Source: Flavobacteriales bacterium (GTDB lineage: Bacteria > Bacteroidota > Bacteroidia > NS11-12g > UBA955). From it: a stretch of 64,000 bases of DNA. Where the stretch lies: contig JAHEMG010000002.1 in assembly GCA_024643755.1 (NCBI GenBank), positions 5,834 to 69,833 of the forward strand. The letters are read 5' to 3'. The translations under genes and the position numbers were made by a program. Shown here in pieces: positions 18,132 through 27,383 of the stretch; position 1 is the stretch's first letter, and each line of letters starts with the position of its first letter. The notes under the pieces are model-generated. The model was not told the DNA's origin and did no database searches. It worked only from the letters and a program-made list of their open reading frames with translations.

Positions 18132-19463
18132 TTATAACTGCTCGCTTTTTAATGCACGACCGTAAGTTTCTAAACACCGGTTCCGTGCAAAAGCATGGTC
18201 AACCAAGGGCTTTTGATATTGATGGGTTCCAAATTCTGGGACCCATTTTTTTATGTATTCAAATTGCTTGTCGAACTTTTCCGTTTGCAAGGCAGGATTA
18301 AACACCCGAAAGTAAGGAGCCGCATCTGTGCCTGATCCAGAAGCCCATTGCCAACCGCCATTGTTACTCGCCAACTCGAAATCCAACAATTTTTCAGCGA
18401 AATAGGCCTCTCCCCATCGCCAATCAATGAGCAAATGTTTGGTTAAAAAGCTGGCAACAATCATCCGAACCCGGTTGTGCATGAATCCCGTGGCATTCAA
18501 TTCACGCATGCCTGCATCCACGATGGGATACCCCGTATTACCCGATTTCCAGGCCTCAAACTCGTGTTCATCATTGCGCCATTGAATTTGGTCGTATTGG
18601 GGTTTGAACGATTGATGGGTAATTTGCGGAAAGTGCCACAAAATCTGCATGTAAAAATCCCGCCAAATCAGTTCATTCACGAAAGTTTCATTGAGCAATA
18701 AAGCCTTTTGGAGTTTTTCTCTAATGCTAATGGTGCCAAAACGGAAATGTAAACCTAGTCTGCTAGTCCCACGAACCGAAGGGAAATTCCTTTTTTGATC
18801 ATACTCTTTGATCAAAGTTTGGGTGATGGTTTTCTCAGGGTAGTCAAATTCAAAAGTTTCAAATCCCATCGATGCCAGCGTAGGTAGAGGTGATCGCTGT
18901 TCAGCAGCCACCGGGGCGATGTATTCAATCACTGACTCAGATGCATAGCACTCAGGCATATTCCCCGACAGGTGCAGTTTCCATTTTCTGCTATAAGGGG
19001 TGAAGACCGTGTAGGGCTTGCCATCGTCTTTGGTGACTTCCGCTTTTTCAAATATGCAATGGTCCTTGTAACTGTGAAATGCCATCTGATTCTCTGCACA
19101 AATCAACGCTACTTGCTTATCGCGCTCTATGGCAGAGGGTTCGTAATCGTGGTTGCAAACTACTGCCAAACCGGGCTGTTGCGATAACTGCGTTTTCCAA
19201 ATGGCCATCGGATTACCGTACCACACTTGGAGATCGCCACCCGCAGACTGCAACTGGACTTTGATATCGCTGATTTCGCGATGGATGAACTGCACCCGCG
19301 CATCACGTTTATTTTCCAATCTGTCTAAGATGGTTTGGTCGAAAATGAATACGCACTGAACGCGCGCACCCGTTTGTTTGGCTAACTCCATCGCCCTGAA
19401 CAAGCCATGGTTGTCGTTTAGCCTCAAATCGCGGCGAAACCAGAAATAAACTATTTGTTGCAT
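18132..19463 (-). CDS. cryptochrome/photolyase-family protein (CPD photolyase or Cry-DASH)
   Basis: 443 aa with N-terminal FWFRRDLRLNDNHGL and C-terminal FAD-binding motifs: GYPIVDAGMRELNATGFMHNRVRMIVASFL and WGEAYFAEKLLD...NNGGWQW. Confidence 0.85.
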   Translation of the reverse strand: MQQIVYFWFRRDLRLNDNHGLFRAMELAKQTGARVQCVFIFDQTILDRLENKRDARVQFIHREISDIKVQLQSAGGDLQVWYGNPMAIWKTQLSQQPGLAVVCNHDYEPSAIERDKQVALICAENQMAFHSYKDHCIFEKAEVTKDDGKPYTVFTPYSRKWKLHLSGNMPECYASESVIEYIAPVAAEQRSPLPTLASMGFETFEFDYPEKTITQTLIKEYDQKRNFPSVRGTSRLGLHFRFGTISIREKLQKALLLNETFVNELIWRDFYMQILWHFPQITHQSFKPQYDQIQWRNDEHEFEAWKSGNTGYPIVDAGMRELNATGFMHNRVRMIVASFLTKHLLIDWRWGEAYFAEKLLDFELASNNGGWQWASGSGTDAAPYFRVFNPALQTEKFDKQFEYIKKWVPEFGTHQYQKPLVDHAFARNRCLETYGRALKSEQL

Positions 19464-20458
19464 TAGACTTTTGGGTGGGCTTGCAAGTGCTGCAATGCCT
19501 TTTCAATGGTTGGATATTGGTAACAAAATCCTTGGTCTAATGTTTTATTGGTGGATACTTTTTGGTTGGTTAAAGCAATGGCCGCGCGCTCACCCCAAGC
19601 CAATCGCATCACCCAAGCAGGGACGATAGGTCGCTGTTGAATGTTCAATGTTCGAATCAAACGATTGAGGCCCTTGGCAACCCACCATTGCAATTTCAAT
19701 CCGGATAAATACCAAGGTAACTGCAGTATAGCATGCATTTCATACGCTTTTCCAAATTCGCCTTGCGTACATGGGTTGGGCGATACCCCGTTATAAATGC
19801 CCGACAATAATTTTTGTTCGGCTAGGGCGATGTACAAATTGCACAAATCGTGGATGTGTATCCAACTCCACTGATTTTCATGGCTGCCCACAGAACCAAC
19901 CATGCCGGAAAGTAAGAATTGAGACTGTGCGGCCTGAACGATTTTACTTTTGTTAGATAGCACCAAGCCGGTCCTTACGATGCTGACCTGAAAAGGCAAG
20001 GGAAAAGGACGTTGTAAGCTGTTTTCCCAAGCCACACAAACTTGTGCCAAGAAAGCATCGCCCATGGAGTGGTCTTCGTTGAGATCAATAGATAATGATT
20101 CGGGGTAATAGCCGATTCCACTGGCTGAGATGATCTGTTTCGGTGGTTGATTACAGGCCACACAAGCATCGATCAGTGCAGAAGTTCCCTCGGTTCTGCT
20201 GCGAAGAATTTCCCGCTTGTATGATTCGGTCCAAGGTTTCGCCACATTGGCCCCAGCCAAATGAATGACAGCGTCGGCGCCTTCCAAGATCTCCGGATTC
20301 GACCAAAAAATATTTTTTTTCGATGTTAAATCTTTTTTAACACTTTGTTTGTTACTATACCATCGGCGTAGGTGTAACACAACGTGACCATTATCTTCAA
20401 GTAGGTGAGATAAGGTTTCGCCAATAAGCCCAGAGCCTCCTGTTAATATAACTTTCAT
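19463..20458 (-). CDS. TIGR01777/YfcH-like NAD-dependent epimerase (SDR with DUF1731 C-terminus)
   Basis: Rossmann motif MKVILTGGSGLIGETL. I set the start at Met 20458, not the track start 20500, which would overlap the divergent gene. Its stop overlaps the photolyase start by 1 nt. Confidence 0.75.
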   Translation of the reverse strand: MKVILTGGSGLIGETLSHLLEDNGHVVLHLRRWYSNKQSVKKDLTSKKNIFWSNPEILEGADAVIHLAGANVAKPWTESYKREILRSRTEGTSALIDACVACNQPPKQIISASGIGYYPESLSIDLNEDHSMGDAFLAQVCVAWENSLQRPFPLPFQVSIVRTGLVLSNKSKIVQAAQSQFLLSGMVGSVGSHENQWSWIHIHDLCNLYIALAEQKLLSGIYNGVSPNPCTQGEFGKAYEMHAILQLPWYLSGLKLQWWVAKGLNRLIRTLNIQQRPIVPAWVMRLAWGERAAIALTNQKVSTNKTLDQGFCYQYPTIEKALQHLQAHPKV

Positions 20459-20462
20459 ATCG

Positions 20463-21422
20463 ATGTCGAATTTTTCCGAAAAGGTGTCTGATAACAACAA
20501 ACAAGACGCGAAAAGGTCTAAAAAAGATTATCGCGACAAGTATTTTATCAAAGATATCGAAAACATCACCGGTATCAAAGCCTACACACTTCGCATTTGG
20601 GAGCAGCGATACGGCATGTTGGTACCAAAGCGAACGGATACCAATATTCGTTATTACGAGGAAGAGGATTTGAAGTACATGATGAACATCGCAATGCTCA
20701 ACGCCAATGGCTACAAGATTAGTCGAATTGCCGAAATGAGTCGCGAAGAAGTTCAACGTAGAACCCTAAGTATCTCAGAAAACAGTTCTAGCCATCAGCA
20801 CCAAATATCTGCGTTGAGTACCGCGATGTTTGATTTCGATGAAAAGGAATTTAATAAAATCTTGTCCATCAACATCCTCAAACTGGGGATGGAAGAAACC
20901 ACCGTTAACATCATATTTCCCTTCCTGCAACATGTTGGGGTGCTGTGGTTGAGCGGAACCATTCACGTGGCACATGAACACTTCATCACCAATATCATCA
21001 AACAGCGCATGTTTGTGGCCATTGACCAGTTGAATGTTATGCCTCATGCCAACGCCAAGAAGTTTTTACTTTTCCTGCCCAATGGAGAAAACCATGAACT
21101 GAGTTTGCTTTTTGCTTCGTTTATGCTGCGTTCGAGGGGACAAAAAGTAACCTATTTGGGAACTTCTACGCCATTAGATGATTTGAATAAAATCTATAAA
21201 TTGCACAACCCAGATGTGGTGTTCTGTGCGATCACCAATGCCAATTCTAGCATGCCGGTGCAGGTGTATATTCAAACATTGGCTAGAAACTGGCCCAATA
21301 CCAAAATATTGGTAACAGGTACTCAGGTGGTGAAGCGCAGGGATCTGAAAATACCTTCCAATTGCAGGGTGATTACCTCACCGGATGATTTCTTGGTTTT
21401 TCTAGACCAAATTACCCGTTAA
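20463..21422 (+). CDS. MerR-family regulator with cobalamin-binding domain (CarH/LitR-like photoreceptor candidate)
   Basis: MerR HTH (IKAYTLRIWEQRYGMLVPKRTDTNIRYY). There is an exact W-x9-E-H motif (WLSGTIHVAHEH; W162, E172, H173) and an E-x-H loop (GENHELS; H211) at the position of the B12 lower-axial His. Confidence 0.8.
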   Translation: MSNFSEKVSDNNKQDAKRSKKDYRDKYFIKDIENITGIKAYTLRIWEQRYGMLVPKRTDTNIRYYEEEDLKYMMNIAMLNANGYKISRIAEMSREEVQRRTLSISENSSSHQHQISALSTAMFDFDEKEFNKILSINILKLGMEETTVNIIFPFLQHVGVLWLSGTIHVAHEHFITNIIKQRMFVAIDQLNVMPHANAKKFLLFLPNGENHELSLLFASFMLRSRGQKVTYLGTSTPLDDLNKIYKLHNPDVVFCAITNANSSMPVQVYIQTLARNWPNTKILVTGTQVVKRRDLKIPSNCRVITSPDDFLVFLDQITR

Positions 21423-22467
21423 ACCGCGCAATATCCACTTCATCGTTGACTGGATTACCAGCAAGGATGTGTTCAGCCAACATCGGTGATAACCAGGAGC
21501 ATAAACTGCTTCCTTTGGCACCCAGTCCATTGTATACAAACAGGCCCTTTTCAGATTGATGCTCACCCAAATAAGGTCTTCTTTGTTGTACGGTAGGACG
21601 TACAGCGCGTTGGTGCGATAACAATGTTACAGGCTGCTGGGTGATTTGTTGCGCCCTGAGAATCAGTGCCTCGGCATCGCTAGTCTCTGGAACGTGACTC
21701 AAACTGTTTTTGTGAAAATTACTGCCCAACAAATAAATGTCTGGTTCGCCTGTGGGCACAATCCACTGCTTTTGTTTGATAATTCTGGGTGTGGCTCCCA
21801 AGTTGGGGATGTGAACAGTTAAAATATCGCCACCCGTTGGGTCAAAGAATAGCCACTGAAACCAGGGGTTTTCCAAAACGCCAATGCCCTCACAAAAGAC
21901 CACCGCATCATATTCTTTCTCCTTGTAGCACCAAATTGCATTTGATTTTTTAAGCTCATTGTGGTGGAATTGTTCGGTGAAATACTGTCCTTGACTGAAG
22001 AAATGATGTTGCACGGCCGATAACAAGGTAGGTACATCCAACCGACCGCAGTGATTCACCCATGTGGCATCCTCAAAGGGCAACTGGTTGAAATCATCAG
22101 GCGCTGCCTTTGATAACCAATCAGCCATGGATGCGTTTTCGCGTTGTTTATTCCATTCGTGGGTTTCATTGGCATTGGCATGTAAATTCAGAAAGGGGTA
22201 GCGATGGATGAATTTGGCATCCAAGGCCTTTTCCCAATGCGTGTAATAGTCATAGAGCGCAGGAAAGAGGGTGTCGCACTGCCATGTTTTCCGAACCCCT
22301 TTGGGTACGATGGGGTTGAGTAGGCCTGCTGCGACCCGACTACTACTTTGCGGGAATTGATTATCGATGAGAACAACATGAACACCGCGCTGTGCCAATT
22401 CCATGGCCAGGGTGCTGCCCGCAAGTCCGCTCCCCACAATCAATATGCTGTTCGTCTTGCTGTTCAT
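21412..22467 (-). CDS. FAD-dependent oxidoreductase (DAO family)
   Basis: 351 aa with N-terminal ILIVGSGLAGSTLAMELAQRGVHVVLID (GxGxxG plus an acidic residue). Its 3' end overlaps the litR-like gene by 11 nt. Confidence 0.75.
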   Translation of the reverse strand: MNSKTNSILIVGSGLAGSTLAMELAQRGVHVVLIDNQFPQSSSRVAAGLLNPIVPKGVRKTWQCDTLFPALYDYYTHWEKALDAKFIHRYPFLNLHANANETHEWNKQRENASMADWLSKAAPDDFNQLPFEDATWVNHCGRLDVPTLLSAVQHHFFSQGQYFTEQFHHNELKKSNAIWCYKEKEYDAVVFCEGIGVLENPWFQWLFFDPTGGDILTVHIPNLGATPRIIKQKQWIVPTGEPDIYLLGSNFHKNSLSHVPETSDAEALILRAQQITQQPVTLLSHQRAVRPTVQQRRPYLGEHQSEKGLFVYNGLGAKGSSLCSWLSPMLAEHILAGNPVNDEVDIARFNG

Positions 22468-22503
22468 GGTCTTTTGCGATAACTTGCCGCAAGTTACAAA
22501 AGG

Positions 22504-23145
22504 TTGAACATGAAGAAGGGAATATTATTGTCGGTTTTGATCTGTGGCAGTGGCTGGGTTGCTGCCAGGGAAATCCCCAAGCCATTGGGGTTTTATGGGA
22601 AACCATTTTTGGGGGTGTTGGCATCGCAACTCGATGGCGATCAGGCCTCGGGATACAACAAATTTGGCTATCATTTGGGATTGGTCACGGGCTACAGGAT
22701 GAACGATGACGGTTTTTCAGGGATAGAAATGCAAATGTCGGTCGCAGAGCGGGGAAGTAGACGCGCATTTGATCCGATTACGTTTGTAAATGCGTTTCAT
22801 ATTCGGTGCAGGCAAGTAGAGTTGCAAGTGAATGGGGTCTATCAGACCGAAGTGCCCATGCTTGGATCGATAGAATTGCTGGGAGGATTGAGGGTGGCTA
22901 AATTGTTGGAGGTGGTAGAGACTGAGGGAACGAATCCCGGGATAGCACAAGATTTTAGCAAGGGCAATTTGATGTTGGAATTCGGGGTAACAAAATCGGT
23001 GGGCGACCGCGTGGATCTGCGGATTACTTGGGATTATAGTTTACTGTCGGCCGTGAAACAGGATTTCCGGAACGTTTTTTATCCTACCGGGGTATATCAC
23101 AACGGAGTGGGGGTGTCGGCATTGTTTGACTTAACGACAAAGTAA
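22504..23145 (+). CDS. small outer-membrane beta-barrel protein, function unknown
   Basis: 213 aa with a signal peptide (MNMKKGILLSVLICGSGWVAA) and alternating hydrophobic beta-strand periodicity throughout. Confidence 0.5.
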   Translation: MNMKKGILLSVLICGSGWVAAREIPKPLGFYGKPFLGVLASQLDGDQASGYNKFGYHLGLVTGYRMNDDGFSGIEMQMSVAERGSRRAFDPITFVNAFHIRCRQVELQVNGVYQTEVPMLGSIELLGGLRVAKLLEVVETEGTNPGIAQDFSKGNLMLEFGVTKSVGDRVDLRITWDYSLLSAVKQDFRNVFYPTGVYHNGVGVSALFDLTTK

Positions 23146-23153
23146 CGAACAAC

Positions 23154-23181
23154 AAAAAAAGCCCAGCAACGCTGGGCTTTT
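23154..23181. terminator. bidirectional intrinsic terminator between convergent genes
   Basis: Stem GCCCAGC-AAC-GCTGGGC (23161-23177), flanked by an A-run (23154-23160) and a T-run (23178-23181). Confidence 0.7.
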
Positions 23182-23202
23182 GATTTCCATAGAGGAAAAA
23201 GA

Positions 23203-23553
23203 TTATCTAGTGCGAAGCTCTTTAATACGAGCGGCTTTACCGATTTGAGCGCGCAAGTAGAAAATACGTGCACGACGTACACGACCTTTTCTGTTTACTT
23301 CGATTTTGTCGATGAAAGGAGAGTGCATTGGGAAGATACGTTCTACACCGATACCGTTCGAAATTTTACGAACAGTGAAGGTTTCGTCGATACCGCCATT
23401 GCGACGCTGAATCACATCGCCTTGAAACTGCTGGATACGCTCTTTCGAGCCTTCCTTAATTTTATAGTGTACAGTTACACGATCACCTGCCTTGAACTCT
23501 GGAAGGTCTGTTCTTAAGTACTCAGATGCGATGCTATTAACGATGGAATTCAT
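23203..23553 (-). CDS. rplS: 50S ribosomal protein L19
   Basis: [48 protein letters not shown]... is typical L19. The track start 23589 overlaps the promoter box, so I chose Met 23553. Confidence 0.95.
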   Translation of the reverse strand: MNSIVNSIASEYLRTDLPEFKAGDRVTVHYKIKEGSKERIQQFQGDVIQRRNGGIDETFTVRKISNGIGVERIFPMHSPFIDKIEVNRKGRVRRARIFYLRAQIGKAARIKELRTR

Positions 23554-23576
23554 GGGTTTTAATCCTAATTGGGGTG

Positions 23577-23584
23577 CAAAAATA
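23577..23584 (-). promoter_or_regulatory. -7 box TATTTTTG (minus strand) for rplS
   Basis: Plus-strand CAAAAATA is minus-strand TAttTTTG, 23 nt upstream of the rplS ATG. Confidence 0.55.
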
Positions 23585-23743
23585 CACATTTTCCCCTTTA
23601 TTCCAAAGACTTTCTATTCTTTTTTGTGAGTTATCTGAAAAAATCAAAATGTTGAATAACTTGTGTTAAACTTTTCTTCATTTGGTTGTGTCTTGTCATG
23701 GAATTGTTTCTATTTCGCATTTTAATATTCACCACTTTACAGA

Positions 23744-24337
23744 ATGACGAACGAGTCTACCAACCATACAACAATCACGAATGCACAACGACTGTCGAAC
23801 TGCACAGAAGATGAGCTTACGGCGGAGCTGTTGCGCGCTGGTATGTCGTCCTTGATGTTTGCGGAAGTCGTAAAGCGCTACCAAAAACAGATCTACTACC
23901 ACTGTAGAAATTTATTGGTGAGTCACGACGATGCGGATGATGCGGTTCAGAATGCCTTTATCAAGATTTGGCAAAACGCCGATCAGTTCAAGGGCGATAG
24001 TTTGTTGCGCACTTGGATTTACCGAATCGCGACGAATGAATCGATCAATTTGATACGCAAGCGCAGGCCCAACATCGATTTTGATGAAGCCCAGCCGGAA
24101 ATGGCGGAAATGATTTCAGAGGATTTGTATTTATCGGGCGATGAAATTGCGTTGAAACTACAAAAGGCGCTTTGCTTTTTGCCCTTCAAGCAGAAGTTGG
24201 TGTTTACCCTTCGCTACTTTGAGTCCTTGACATACGCCGAAATTGCGCTATTAACATCGACCAGCGAGGGCGCATTGAAAGCATCGTACCACCACGCGGT
24301 GAAGAAATTGGAAATTTATTTAAATGTACTCCGTTAA
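23744..24337 (+). CDS. ECF-type RNA polymerase sigma-70 family factor
   Basis: 197 aa with region 2 (DDADDAVQNAFIKIWQN...RTWIYRIATNESIN) and a region 4 HTH (LTYAEIALLTSTSEGALKASYHHAVKKL). Confidence 0.85.
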   Translation: MTNESTNHTTITNAQRLSNCTEDELTAELLRAGMSSLMFAEVVKRYQKQIYYHCRNLLVSHDDADDAVQNAFIKIWQNADQFKGDSLLRTWIYRIATNESINLIRKRRPNIDFDEAQPEMAEMISEDLYLSGDEIALKLQKALCFLPFKQKLVFTLRYFESLTYAEIALLTSTSEGALKASYHHAVKKLEIYLNVLR

Positions 24338-24376
24338 ACCTTTGTCCAACCAACACATCTAATACACAGTCACAAC

Positions 24377-25549
24377 ATGGATTTGGAAAACGAAAAGATT
24401 GGACCTGCCTACGCGGCGCCGGATACGTACTTTAAAGATACGGAGATGCGGTTAATGCAGCGTTTGGGTATTCAAAATGATATCCAAGCACTGAATGTTG
24501 CGGTAGAACCCGGTGCTGAGCAACAAAAACCGCATATTGAGTTACAGACAGTTGCTCCCCTAGATACCACCGGTGTTCAAAAAAGAGCGCGAAAGCAAGA
24601 TCCCATTACCTCGAAAAGTAGTGGAATCAATAAAGAGTTGGATGCCTTAGGCAACGTTGTGATACCACCCCTCACGTTTACCACCAATGAAAACCCTGAA
24701 TGGGTCAATTTTGGTGCGATTTCAGAAGAGGTGAGTGCATCCCCCGAATCCTTGAACGATCAAATCAAAGTAGTTTCTTACGGCGATTTGTTGACAAACG
24801 TGGAATCAACCGATGCAGCATTGCCAGCGAGTGTTGAAACCCCAATGGAGGAAGTAGCAGCGCCAGCGGCAATACCTGTCCCAGAAATCACGGAGGTGGT
24901 TGAAACCGCGTTGCCGGTGATTGATCAAGAGCCCCCAGTTGTGGTGCATGAAGTGCCCGAGTCTGTGGGATTGGATGAGTTGGAATCCTATTTAACAACA
25001 AAAAATCCATTACTCGCTGATACAGCGCCAGTCCCCGTGGCTGAAGTTACCCCAGTGAACAATGCGCCTCAGCCCGAGCCATTGAATACCCCACGCGCGG
25101 TAGAAGAAAGGCCGATTTCATTGGAGGCCCCGGCAACGGCGTTTGCGCCGATTGCGGGCCGACAAAAAGAGTCTGCAACCCCAGGATGGTTGGGTGTAGC
25201 AGCGGCGTTGGCAGCCATCGTTGCGGCGTATTTCATTTGGACCGCCATACAGCCGCCCAAATTGGATACGGAAGAAGTTGTATTACAACAAGAAGAGACC
25301 ACACAACCCGAGGCGCCCTTGGATGAGCCCGTGGTGACGGATACCATTCCAGACGGACTGCAGCTGGTAGAGCCGTTGATTATGGAGGAAATGCCCAAGT
25401 ACAAAGAACCCAATGTTTATACCATCATCGATGCGGAAGAAATGCCAGAGCGCACCAAACGCGCACTCCAAGATTTGGAGGATCACAACCTGGCCACCTT
25501 TGACATGGAAGATGAATTGTTTGAAGAATTAGATTTTGAATCACTATGA
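24377..25549 (+). CDS. single-pass membrane protein, candidate anti-sigma factor
   Basis: 390 aa located directly after the ECF sigma gene, with one TM segment (GWLGVAAALAAIVAAYFIWTAI) and an acidic Pro/Val/Glu-rich low-complexity region before it. It has no zinc anti-sigma motif, so the functional call rests on position only. Confidence 0.45.
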   Translation: MDLENEKIGPAYAAPDTYFKDTEMRLMQRLGIQNDIQALNVAVEPGAEQQKPHIELQTVAPLDTTGVQKRARKQDPITSKSSGINKELDALGNVVIPPLTFTTNENPEWVNFGAISEEVSASPESLNDQIKVVSYGDLLTNVESTDAALPASVETPMEEVAAPAAIPVPEITEVVETALPVIDQEPPVVVHEVPESVGLDELESYLTTKNPLLADTAPVPVAEVTPVNNAPQPEPLNTPRAVEERPISLEAPATAFAPIAGRQKESATPGWLGVAAALAAIVAAYFIWTAIQPPKLDTEEVVLQQEETTQPEAPLDEPVVTDTIPDGLQLVEPLIMEEMPKYKEPNVYTIIDAEEMPERTKRALQDLEDHNLATFDMEDELFEELDFESL

Positions 25550-26109
25550 AATTGATAAAAATAGTTTCAATTTGCTTTTTGATGCTGATGTCGCTCACTG
25601 CGAACGCACAAAATGAAGTTAGAAGAGATAGTTTGCGCGCGGCCAAAGTTGAAGAACTCCGCAAGTTTCGTGAAACCTTGTTCGTGGAGCGTTTGTCGCT
25701 CACCGAATCAGAGAAAGTGAAGTTTTTCACGATCTACGACGAGTATCAGCTTAAATTAAGGGATGCCAAGCGCGGTTTTAGAAGCAAGTGGGAAGGAAAA
25801 CGTCCTGCAGATCTCACCGATGCAGAAGCCGAATTGTATTTCAAAGATGCCATCGCACTGAGAAAATTGGAGGTGCAATTAATGGAAACCTACACGGTGA
25901 AATTGAAGCCCGTTATTGGGATGCAGCGTGCAGTTCAGTTGCCAAAAATTGAGCGTGAAGTGAAGAAGGAATTGATCACCAAGGCCCGTTCGATGCGCAA
26001 GAAGAAAAAGCCAGCGGGCGAGGGTAGCGGTGAGGGCAGAGCAGGCGATGATCGTCCGCGTAGACCCCGCGCTCCCAGAGAAAATCCCGCCTCTTCCACA
26101 CCAAATTGA
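25546..26109 (+). CDS. periplasmic helical protein (Spy/CpxP-like), third gene of the ECF module
   Basis: 187 aa with signal peptide (MKLIKIVSICFLMLMSLTANAQ), a K/E/R-rich helical body and a basic C-terminal tail. An ATGA overlap couples it to the previous gene. Confidence 0.5.
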   Translation: MKLIKIVSICFLMLMSLTANAQNEVRRDSLRAAKVEELRKFRETLFVERLSLTESEKVKFFTIYDEYQLKLRDAKRGFRSKWEGKRPADLTDAEAELYFKDAIALRKLEVQLMETYTVKLKPVIGMQRAVQLPKIEREVKKELITKARSMRKKKKPAGEGSGEGRAGDDRPRRPRAPRENPASSTPN

Positions 26110-26131
26110 GTTTGGATTGTTATTGGGTTAA

Positions 26132-27310
26132 ATGCCTAAAATACAAATTTTTGGTGGCGGCATCGCAGGGTTAACCGCTGCGCTGTTGCTGGAAAAACAA
26201 CAACAAGATTATCAATTGTTTGAGCGCCAATCGCATTGGGGTGGCAAGTTGCAAACCACACTCCGCGATGGCTTTGCCCTGGATCATGGATTTCAAGTAA
26301 TTCAGTCGGCCTATCCCGCGTTATCGGTGTTTCATCGTCAAGGTTACTTGGACGACAGTCGGGCATTCGGTGCAGGGGCATGGCTACTGGTGAATGGAAA
26401 GAAAACATTGCTTGCTGATCCATTGCGGGAGTTTCCAAGAGGCCTCGCTGCGCTCGGCCACCCGTCTATCAAACTAACCGATATGTGGCAGGTAATTCAA
26501 CTGCGAAATGCAATCCTGAATCAAACACCCCAGTCACTCTTCTCCATGGAAAAAACCACCACCATGGACTACCTACAGCAACGAGGATTTTCATCCGCAT
26601 TCATCGAGGCCTTCTTCCGTCCGTTTTTTACCGGTATTTTCTTGGAAGAAACCCTTGATACCCCCAGCGCCATGTTTCGATTTGTCTTCTGGGCCCTGGC
26701 CAAAGGCAAAGCCTGTTTGTTGCCAGGGGGAATTCAAACCTTGCCCAACAGAATTGTAGCAGATCTCAATCCCGCGCGCTTGCATCTTTCTGCACAGCAA
26801 ACCGCCGTTGATACCAACAATACCGTATCGCCCCATCGCAACACTCAGGTGCATTATTTTTCGGTGGATACTGATTTGGGACTGGGGAAATTCATCGCCC
26901 TCAATGCTGAAAAACACGGAGAAATCAATTTGCTCGCCGTGCCATCGGCCGTTCAAGTGGGCTACGCCCCAAAAAACAAACATCTGCTATGCGTGTCTAT
27001 GAAGCCAGGTTCGAGTAATTCCCCAAAACCGGCGATGGATTCAAAAGCGGTGCATCACGCGGTGGAGCAACTGTTGGGTGTCAATATTGATGCGCAATGG
27101 ATTGATAGTATACAAGTTAATGAAGCCCTGCCAACAGATACACCATATGTCTATCAAACAGAAAAATTAGACCTTTCACAAAATGAAACGGTAGCCGGTG
27201 TTAGATTCAATGCCTTTGGTGGATTAGCGAACCCATCATTGAATGCGGCGATACTGAGCGGTGAACAGTTTGTAGCGGCAGTAAATAGTCGACAAACGAC
27301 ACCGATTTAA
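26132..27310 (+). CDS. NAD(P)/FAD-dependent oxidoreductase (amine-oxidase/desaturase-like)
   Basis: 392 aa with an N-terminal dinucleotide-binding motif (IQIFGGGIAGLTAALLLEK...YQLFE). Confidence 0.7.
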   Translation: MPKIQIFGGGIAGLTAALLLEKQQQDYQLFERQSHWGGKLQTTLRDGFALDHGFQVIQSAYPALSVFHRQGYLDDSRAFGAGAWLLVNGKKTLLADPLREFPRGLAALGHPSIKLTDMWQVIQLRNAILNQTPQSLFSMEKTTTMDYLQQRGFSSAFIEAFFRPFFTGIFLEETLDTPSAMFRFVFWALAKGKACLLPGGIQTLPNRIVADLNPARLHLSAQQTAVDTNNTVSPHRNTQVHYFSVDTDLGLGKFIALNAEKHGEINLLAVPSAVQVGYAPKNKHLLCVSMKPGSSNSPKPAMDSKAVHHAVEQLLGVNIDAQWIDSIQVNEALPTDTPYVYQTEKLDLSQNETVAGVRFNAFGGLANPSLNAAILSGEQFVAAVNSRQTTPI

Positions 27311-27383
27311 CATTTTGTTTACTTGCTTTTAACTGACCGCATATGTATTATTGCATCTTCATAAAAAGAAACATTCAATCATT

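Noticed and set aside
23554-23589. N-terminal extensions proposed by the ORF track (rplS 23589; also 5615, 20500, 27351, 30469, 33049, 39089, 43630, 43685, 48721, 49227, 57091, 60319)
   Set aside because: In each case the extension overlaps a promoter box, a neighbouring gene or a repeat array, or precedes a canonical N-terminus or signal peptide that begins at an internal Met/Val. I used the shorter forms. The exact starts remain unverified.
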